Of a DNA stretch of 64,000 nt, positions 55,235-64,000 are shown piece after piece. The position numbers were made by a program, and so were the translations under genes. This DNA is from the human T2T-CHM13v2.0 reference genome, Homo sapiens, in NCBI RefSeq assembly GCF_009914755.1, contig NC_060932.1. The stretch is one strand, 5' to 3'. Under the pieces are notes generated by a model that worked only from the letters and a program-made list of their open reading frames with translations, did not search any database and was not told the DNA's origin. The stretch's first letter is position 1; the number at the start of each line of letters is the position of its first letter.

Positions 55235-57292
55235 AATAGAATTTGGTATCTGATTTAAAAAGCACTAGGAATTTGTGACTACCTTGGTTATTTATAAGAT
55301 AAAAATTACATGTTGATTCATAGCATAAATACGGAGCTATGAATTTGTAAAGTGGTCTGTAATCAATTTTTTTCCATTATTCCTAATGTCACTCTGTAAA
55401 TGGTCTTCATTTCCCTGCCCATTTTTCCGATAGGAAACCAGAAAGACACAAAAGTAAAATTCAGTTAACACAGCCAGATGATGGTAGTAACTTGCCTGGC
55501 TGTATTAGCATAGGAACGGAAGTCTCCTGCATTCTAATCTTTCTAAAATTAGCCAACTGTGATGGAAAGAATCATTCATTCCATAAATCTGCCCTGAACA
55601 GAATTACGAGCAAGCAGAGACAAGCTAGCGCTAACTTCTTTTATCTTTGCTGCCATGACTGGCATTGAATTTGAAAGGAAGAGCTACAACAAAGGCAGGG
55701 GCTCTGAGCAAGGGAAGACAATGAATTCACACTGAAGACGGGGGCCCTTCCCTGTGTTTCCCCAGCCATTCACAGAATTCAGGAAGTTCTTCTACATTCA
55801 ATAAAACCAATTTAAGAGGTGTTCCCCCACTCCCCAGACTGACTATTCATTCAAGGTACTTTCCACATCTGATTAGCCATTCCCTTGTCACATCTGAAGA
55901 GGGCTCTGGACTGAGCATGTACCTAAGTCTAGCTCTGCCGGGTGTTATCCAGAAAGATCAGTCACTGTGCTTTGGAGTCCATGTCACTGAAGAGGCCTCT
56001 GAAAGAGCCAAAGGAGTGTCACAGGCCCGGGCATCAGTCCCTACCCTGCAAAGGAAAATTCTCGCTTGATCTGGGATTGCCTCTCTCAGCTCTCTAATAT
56101 CCTGAAGCACTCCTTAGATGAAGCAGAACCCAGATGACTCTTGTGTCAAGGCAATTCCAAGACACCATCTCCTGCTCGCCTGCTGTATAAACGAACCTAA
56201 CATAGAACAAACTGCTTCTTAACAGGTTTTATTTTCTGTAAGTAAATGATGAGAGAAAAAGAGAACAAGTATGTGCAGAGCCTGTGAGGGAAAAAGATCG
56301 CTACACACTTATTTTAAAGAAGAACTTGTGTTAGGTTAATGTTTTCCTTGAATGCAAGTCTACCCAGGAAAGAAAAGGATCTGCAAATCTATAGGCTGTT
56401 GCGGGCTCTTGGATGTTTTCACAAAATAAAACAAAAACAATGATAAAACCCCACAAAAGTTACTATATCTTGAGCCATAATAAGGTAGAAGATATAGAAC
56501 ATTTTTAAATACTTGGAACAACTTTTACTGTGTTGTATGTTTACTTTCTCATGACGTATCCTTACACTTTCAATTACAGTATATATGAAGCAGAGGGTAG
56601 AAGATATGCTCTTCTGATTTTTTTTAAGTTAGGTCTTTGGGAGGAAGATAAATCTATAAATATAAAATGTAGCACCTTTAATGAAAGCAGCAGTAACAAT
56701 AATCAGTCCAGTTCCAAGGTTAGAAAGTCATTTAATGAGAAGACCCAGATTGACAGTTGTCCAGTTGGATCCAGCAGGGTGTTAATAGGGTTTACTCAAG
56801 AAAGCAAAAGTTTCATGGCCAAATGCATTTGAGAAAATATTGGACTAAATGTTCTGTGTTTTTTGTTTTGGTTTTTGTTTTACTTCAAGGCAACTGAAAG
56901 CCTTATCAATGTTTCAACATGTTTAGTAAATCTTAAAGAAGAGATGAAATATAAAGCATTTCCTAAATTTATTTGATCACAAAAACCTGTTATCCCTGGA
57001 GAATCTTACGAGATTAGTGTTCTTTAGCTTACATTTTGGGAAATGCTGAACTAGATTATAAGACAAATCTATAAATTTCTGTAAGGAAGAAAGGGAGTGA
57101 GGGAGAAAAGAAGTGAAGAAATAACAAAATGCAAAATCTTAGCTCAACTGAAGTTGCAAGCATCTTATGAATTCATTGTTCATACAATATTTCTAGATGT
57201 AAAGAGAGAGGGAAGTGTATGGCATTCTCATTAAACTAAAAAAAAAAATACAAATAGTAAGTGTGATAAAAGCATTTAGCATTGTCACCCAC

Positions 57293-57342
57293 AGCTCTCT
57301 TGCCTACCCTAGCTCTCTTGCCTACCCTAGCTCTCTTGCCTA
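57293..57342. repeat. 18-bp tandem repeat (2.8 copies)
   Basis: agctctcttgcctaccct twice, then agctctcttgccta. Confidence 0.95.
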
Positions 57343-57673
57343 TCATATTTACTTTTGAAACTAAAAACTAAATATAAATAAATATACTGAAAATTAAAAT
57401 AAATGATGGCAACACAATGTTAAGGTTATGAATAATCAAACTCTGTCTTGGATTTGCCCCCTGAGAACTGACTGGACCCCAGCTACTCCATACCTGCCTT
57501 TGCACACAGGCAGACTGCAAACACCCATTAGTATTCTTAGCAGCCACTCGAGACCTCCTGGATCCTTTGGGTTAGCATTGATCACACCAGGCATGCTAAG
57601 TACTTAGAGTACACTATCTCATTTAATCTTTACAACAGCTCCATGAAGCTGGGGTATTGATTTTATTGTACGG

Positions 57674-58041
57674 TACTATGGTCTCAATATGTCCTTCCAA
57701 AATTTATGTTAAACTCTAATTTCCATTATAGTGATATTAAGAGGTGGGGCTTTTCGAGAGGTGATTAAGTCATGAGGGCTCTGCCTTCATGAATGGGATT
57801 ATTGCCCTTATAAAACTGGATGAAGGGTACATTCTTGCCCCTTCTACCATATGAGGACAATTCACCCCTTCCACCATGTGAGGATGCAGTGAGAATGAAG
57901 AACAGGCCTTCACCTCACTGAATCTTCTGGCATCTTGAACTGAACTTCCCAGCCTCCATAACCATGAGCAATAATTTTCTATTATCTGTAAATTACCCAG
58001 TCTAAGGGATTTTGTTACGGCAGCCTGAATGGACTGAGACA
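57674..58041 (+). mobile_element. MLT1A/MLT1A1-type LTR inserted in a MIR
   Basis: ctatggtct...gaggtgattaagtcatgagggc...aattacccagtctaag...cagcctgaatggactgagaca. Confidence 0.85.
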
Positions 58042-58535
58042 CTTGGATAAGGAAGTGTGAATTCAGCAGACAGGCAGTAACTTTTCTCGAGGGAGTGATA
58101 TTTGCCAGCCTGGAGCTCCTCCTCTGATACACTGTACTATGTTCTTTTCACTTCCTTATTCTCCTAACACCTTTTATGTCCACCTCTGAACTTCTGGCCT
58201 CTGTGAAGCCCTTGGTCCCTCAGACCTCAGGCTGGTCTTGGCCTTTCAACTTTGCCTTTCACTATTAGATGCAGGTGTGTCTGTCCTGCAACCCAGCTCT
58301 GGCTCTGGAAAACCAGCTGACATCAACCATGTGGCTGGAACCTTCTCCAGAACAATGGAGGCCAGGGCGAGTGACTCACTGCCATTCAGTCTCCATCTTT
58401 GGGGCAGATCCACCATGAGACATAACTTACCAGAAATCCAGTTACAAGGAGGAATAAGTATTGAAGACTAAGAAATGCATTTTGCAGCAGGTCCTCGCTG
58501 TACTGGGGCAGCGTCCATTCATAGAGCAGCTAGAA

Positions 58536-58820
58536 TAGAGGTCACAAGCTCAGAAGCTTCTCTAAGGCAGGCAGGAAATTTAAGTCGATACTATGATCTG
58601 CATTGGTGGGGACTGTGGAAATTGGAGAGCGAGTGCCTAGTCTAAACAGCTGCTTGTTGCTCAGCTGTTGTTGCCGTATTGGGAATTCAAGCCTAATGAT
58701 GTTTGGTATTCCCATTTTCAAAAGAAGTCAGGAAATGCAGATTTCTATGTAAATTTTTAAAACTTCTGAACTGTGTATGAGCCATACAAAATACATTTGC
58801 AGGCCAGTCGACATCCTCTG
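58536..58820 (-). mobile_element. MER102-like hAT element
   Basis: agaggtcacaagctca...aaaagaagtcaggaaatgcagattt...gccatacaaaatacatttgcaggcc. Confidence 0.6.
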
Positions 58821-58856
58821 ATCCAGAATATCAATTTGTGAGACAAGTTGTTGGTG

Positions 58857-59095
58857 AGGCAGCATTACATAGTAGTTAAAAGCATACATTTTAGAGCCAG
58901 ACTGCCCATGTCCAAACCCTGGTCCCATCACTCACTACCTTTCATTTCACTTCTCTTTGCTTCACTTTCCTCATCAGTAAAATAAAAATAATATCAGTAC
59001 CTACCTCATAGGGTTTCATGAGCATTAAATAAATTAAAACCCATAAAGTACTTTCAATGCTATCAGGCATTTAGTTACATGGTAAATAAGTGTTT
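58857..59095 (+). mobile_element. MIR SINE, near full length
   Basis: ggcagcattacatagtagttaaaagc...ttagagccagactgcc...ttcctcatcagtaaaat...gtacctacctcatagggtt. Confidence 0.85.
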
Positions 59096-60694
59096 AAAAC
59101 ATTTAAAACAAAAGTTCAAAGATAATAAACAAGGAAACAGAAAACCTGACAGGCCAGCTTTGGAACCTTCTTGATGGCAGATCTATCAACATTTCTCCCT
59201 TTGGCTGGGATGAAAAGGCATTTGGGAATAAAAGATCCCATAAAAATAAATGAGAAGAAGTGAAACACCTTCATTATGGCAATTTTGGTGTCAGAGCCTA
59301 AAAGACAGAGGGATCAAAATATTGCAGTACTAAAATCTGATGGTTTCATGTAGAAATGAGATTTAAGCTTATTAAAATGTATTTCTTTCTGGTGTTAATA
59401 ACCCTTCACAAGACCTGGGCAATTTTGAAAGAAGGAAAGAAAATGGTTCTCCCTGTGGACAAGAAGAAACAAATGACTATTAAATTTTCTAATTTGGAGT
59501 GAACTAAGTTGATCCCTAGGTTTTTGTGGGGAGGCCGGGGTGGGGGAGTCCAGTGGAAAGCAATTGCTGGAGAGTAGTCCTTGTTCTTTGCTGACAGAAC
59601 AGGAGCAGAGTGTGGAATGAAAACTCAATAGCCTCCTCTATTCTCAAGAGACAATTGACTTCCATCTGTTTAAACCTCCCCAGGGGACCCTGCTCCCCCC
59701 ATTTCCATTTACTCTCCTTTCCACCAACCTAGGGTGACATTAAGAAAACCAAACCCATTTGAAACACAAGCTCTTACACATCAAAAGTCAGGGGAGAAGT
59801 CTGGTTGACCTGTAAGCCACTGCATGAGGCACAAAGATGCAAAAAGGAACTTTCAGGAACAACTGCTGCTCCGAGGACTCTATGTCAGATATAACATCCG
59901 CTTTGGCCCAAAAGTAGGCTTGAGCCCCAGAAGAGGAGGAATGTAAAGTATGTTTAAAATGTGAAACCTTTAGTTCTACTTGCTCTTTACTCAGAAAGGA
60001 GAGAGTATTCCCTTATGCCAACGAGGTCTCTCTGAGTTGTTTGCACTATTGGTAGCAGGTGCTGCCTGGGGTAGCTCTTATGGTCTGTGCTTGAAGTGTG
60101 CACCAGCTGCTGCCCTGGACATGACTGTTGGTCCCTGCATACAAGCAGCCACCTTTAAACAGATCAAATGACTCTTATGATGACAGCTGTCTCACTCTAC
60201 TTTCAAACTGGTTTTAATTTGGTTACTTGCAACCTAAGACAGCAAACAGCATTTTAGGGATGAATTGCGTTCCTGAAGTGCATGGGTCAGAAAGCTCCTA
60301 CATTCACTTTCTACTGTCCCTGCACTTTTTCTCTCCTACTTGCTGCCTTTCCACTTCCCCTCATTTCCTGCATTCTAATACTCTATTGTCAAATTTTCCT
60401 GGTCTTGACAGCAAATCTTTTCTTTTTCTTGATGCTTTATTCCTTCTAGCATAAGACCAGAAATTGATCAATAGTTTATTTAAGTTCCAAACTGTATTTT
60501 GCTGCTGAATAAACATATAGCTTTCCTAGACTCCCATGGAAAAAAATGGGACTTATGCTGAAATTCAGGGCTAACACACCGATTATCCTAAAGTATAACA
60601 ACATATTTTGATATAACATCATATAGCTTTAAAAAATTTTCATAAAGTAACAGAGTAAGATTGGGCATCTGAATCACATGTTTAGGAATTTGCA

Positions 60695-60870
60695 ACATTC
60701 ATTCATCTTACACAATAAACCTCAATGAGTACCTACAAGTAGCATGCACTATTAGGTACTAGGGATACTGAGATCAATAATGCCATTGTGTTGGTCCAAC
60801 TGGGGAAGACTGGCATGCCCACACAAATATAGCAGCAAGGGCAGGGTTGGGTTAGAAGTGAGCACAGTGC
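60695..60870 (-). mobile_element. L2 3' end
   Basis: cattcattc...aatgagtacctac...cactattaggtactagggatactgagat. Confidence 0.65.
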
Positions 60871-61084
60871 TTGGACACATGGGTCAGAGTCTCCTGATGA
60901 GGTTGCTGGGGAGGAAGAGGAGCGGAGGGAGGAAGAAGAGGAGTCAGAGAAGACACGTGGAAACAAGCATGAAGAATGAGCAAGTGTCAGGCAGTCAGAT
61001 GGGACCAGTATCCCTAACAGGAAGAAGAGTAGTTGCAAGTAATGGAGAGGGAGTACACCCTCTTCTCTTCTAGACACTTAGGAG

Positions 61085-61412
61085 GATAATACCCCATCCC
61101 CTTGCTATTGGATAGGACTATATGACTAGCACTAGCCAATGAGTTGTGAGCAGAAGTGATATTTGTCACTTCTAGGCCAGAGCACTAGATTGCTCATGTG
61201 AGATCCCTCAGTCTTACCTTCTCCTGGAAGTGAATCATCATAAGATGAGAGGCAGCCTAGAATGTTGAGTGCACATCTAAATGAGCAACTCCAGAGAGCC
61301 ATTTGTACCCATAGAGGATTTCATGTGAGTGAGAAATAAACTTTAGTTTCAATAAGCCACTGAGATTTGGGGGGCTGTTTGTTAGAGCAGCATAATATAG
61401 TCAATCCTGATA
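61085..61412 (+). mobile_element. Old MLT1 (H/I-type) LTR
   Basis: gccaatgagttgtgagcagaagtgat...atgtgagtgagaaataaacttt...aagccactgagatttgggggg. Confidence 0.75.
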
Positions 61413-62004
61413 GAAATGGCTACATTTAAAGACATGGATATACTCAAGAAATTGAATCTCAAGTTTAGAGGGGATGATAATAAGAATTTGCAATGATCAT
61501 CACACATCTTGACAGAGATGCATCAGGGCCTCAGATGGAAGGTAGAGTACAAGTGCATAGGTGGAAAATGACATTATGGGTGAAGAGAAAGCATGAAACA
61601 TAAGACATAAATCAGAGGGAACAGGGATGATCCCCAGAACCAACAATGAGAAGCCAGAAAGACAGAAATAAAAAACAGTGGTGTCTTAGAAGCTCAATCT
61701 CTTAACATAGCAATTGTATTGTTGATGTCATGTTATTTGCTTCTAATTATAAGGTCTTAGTAATCATTTTCCCTTCCTTTATTTGAAGTCCAGAGACGAT
61801 CAAATATAGATATCCTCATGAACACTCATACATCTTGCTGTGACACCCTCAGGGTTTAATCTCAGGCTGTTGGTGGGTTTCAGACTCACCTCTGCAGGAC
61901 ACCAGGGGTTCCCTGGAGGCAGCTTTGGAAGAGGAAAAGATGAAGAATGGGATCTAAGCCCCAACCCTGGATCAACTACAGCAGCTCTGATCTTACCTGT
62001 CTCT

Positions 62005-62349
62005 TGTTTCGTTTGTTTATTTTTGTTTGGTTTGGTTTGGTCCTTTTTAAGACAGGGTCTTGCTCTGTCACCCAGGCTGGAGTGCAATGGTGTAATCTTG
62101 ACTCACTGCAACCTCCACCTCCCAGGCTCACGTAAATTCTCCCACTTCAGCCCCCAGAGTGACTTGGACCACAGGCGCACGCCACCATGCCTGGCTAACT
62201 TTTATATTTTTCTTTGAGATGAGGTTTCTCTATGTTGCCCAGGCTGGCCTTGAACTCTTGGCCTCAAGCCATCTGCCGACCTTGGCTTCTCAAAGTGCAA
62301 AGACTCCTTTACTGTCATTTTTCACATGTCCGAGCCACCACGCCCAGCC
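62005..62349 (-). mobile_element. AluJ with a non-Alu patch in the left arm
   Basis: (GTTT/GGTTT)n tail; TSD tgatcttacctgt/tgatcttacatgt. Confidence 0.9.
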
Positions 62350-62599
62350 TGATCTTACATGTTTCTACATGGCCTTACGTGTAAGATTTTATTTGAAGAA
62401 ATGGTGCTGCTATTAAGAAAAAAAAAGAAAACTGCTAGTCTAAGTGAACTAAAATATCAGAGCTTATTTATATGAATATGAAAACTTATGGTATACTTAA
62501 TGAGCCAATAAAATATCCTCTATGGTAGAAAATCCTCCTCCTTAGCAAGGTATAAAGCAGCCCCTGGAAACCAGGCTCATCCTACTTACCCAGCCCCAT

Positions 62600-62945
62600 A
62601 GCTTGCTGCTCTCCACAAAGCCAGATCCAGTCCTCAAACACATCATAGCCATTCACAGTGCCACGTCATGACACACACACAGGTTGCTTATGATGTCCTG
62701 ACTCCTTCTGCTCCTGGCAAATTGCTGCCTCTCCATTAGGAGCCATTCAGATGCCCACCTCTGATACAGCCTTATCTACTTTGACTCTCTTCCCCACTCC
62801 TCAGGTAAACTAATTCCTTCCAGTGTAAATACACTCACAGCACTTCACTAATACCTCTAGTGTATTATATATGTGACTCTCTTCCCCACCGTGCTGTGAG
62901 CTCCTTTACCTCTAATCCCAAGTGTCCACTAAGTAAATAAATGAA
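62600..62945 (+). mobile_element. L2 fragment
   Basis: tcctcaaacacatc...cagatgcccacctct...ctgtgagctcct...taaataaatgaa. Confidence 0.55.
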
Positions 62946-63642
62946 GATAATTCCAGAATTGCTTATGAACCAAGCATTGCTACCATAAGGTTGTATAATA
63001 GAAACATAGTGAACAAATAATAGGATGTTAAGATTTGCTTCAGATTTTAACTTTCACTGAGCATATAACACTGTCCATCTTCCTCCTCCAACTCTGTCTC
63101 CTTTTAGATTCACAGTTCTTCTGACTGAGATAGTTTCAATAAGACCTATTTGGGAGCACAATTTCTCAGTTTCTCTTTGGCATGAATTTCCAGCATGGCT
63201 CCTATCCCAAACACAGTCTAATACTGACACAGCCAAAAAGGCACAGATGTGCATATCTACTCACTCAAAGGCATTCTGACTTCTCTCTCCCACAGAACTC
63301 TGACTTTTCACTGAGTTTAGTCTTCAAGCATAAAGCCCAAAGAAATAATATAATAGGGACTTCAGACTTCTTTGCTAATACCATTGATCCTGCTAGCACA
63401 CCTCCAGACAGCACCTTTGATTTGCTCTGCTATTTCCAGAGGAAAAGAAGGCAGAGATTTGCATGCAGAAGAGGACAGGAAGTCAAAGTCTGGTGATTGT
63501 TGAAGCAGGGGGAGATGTCAAGTCAATGGAAGTAAAAGAAGGAGAACAAGATAGAGTTCTTTCTTCTTTCAGCATCAATGATTAATTCCGCTTTGGAGAG
63601 TTTTGGGGGAAATTATAAGTTAATTAAATTAAAGCAATGAAT

Positions 63643-63746
63643 AAGGTGGCCAACCTGTTTTGGTTTGCCCAAGACTTTCTTGGATTTAGCACTGAATATT
63701 CCACATCCCAGAAAACTGTTAGCTCCAGGCAAACCAGTTCACCATA
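63643..63746. mobile_element. MER81-like hAT-Blackjack MITE
   Basis: aggtggccaacctgttttggtttgcccaagact...tttagcactgaa...ggcaaaccag. Confidence 0.65.
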
Positions 63747-63749
63747 GCA

Positions 63750-63900
63750 ATGAGATATAAAATATTTCCTGACAAATTAGCAAAGATACAAATATATACT
63801 TATAATACCTAGTGTTAGCAAGGATGCAGAGTAATGAGCACTGACATTGTCAATGGGATAGATATTGATTCAGTCTTTTTGGAGAGCAATTTGATTAAAA
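63750..63900 (+). mobile_element. L1ME-type ORF2 3' fragment
   Basis: ataatacctagtgttagcaaggatgcagag...ctttttggagagcaatttg. Confidence 0.65.
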
Positions 63901-64000
63901 CAACAAAACCCTTACCACCATATATACAAACTTCATGTTAAAAATGGCAAATTAAATAAACTCATTGGTATTGTTTTCCAGCCACAACTCTAATAAAATG

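Noticed and set aside
58681-58713. Short hairpin gggaat...attccc as a possible miRNA
   Set aside because: The stem is too short and it lies inside a MER102-like element.

Overview
Primate, human-like, repeat-rich non-coding DNA with no intact protein-coding gene and no CpG island. Almost every ORF in the supplied track comes from Alu, L1, Tigger1 or simple repeats. The first ~14 kb is a nested stack: an old L1 hosts MLT1A, MER4A1, Alus, an L1MD, a full-length Tigger1 and a second L1 5' part. The rest is a mosaic of MIR, L2, MaLR LTRs, hAT MITEs, Alus and L1 3' ends. Four observations stand out. (1) An apparently four-exon, heavily decayed BTB-BACK-Kelch (KLHL-like) gene on the minus strand at ~29.6-32.3 kb, recognised by manual multi-frame translation. 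(2) An L1 5'UTR/ORF1 segment joined at splice-site-like junctions to an antisense MIR piece and a poly(A) signal, resembling a retroposed spliced chimeric transcript. (3) A polyadenylated, TSD-flanked copy of only the LTR12/ERV9 R region. (4) A full-length U13 (SNORD13) retrocopy. Subfamily names come from recalled consensus sequences, no database search was run, and ancient-repeat boundaries are approximate.
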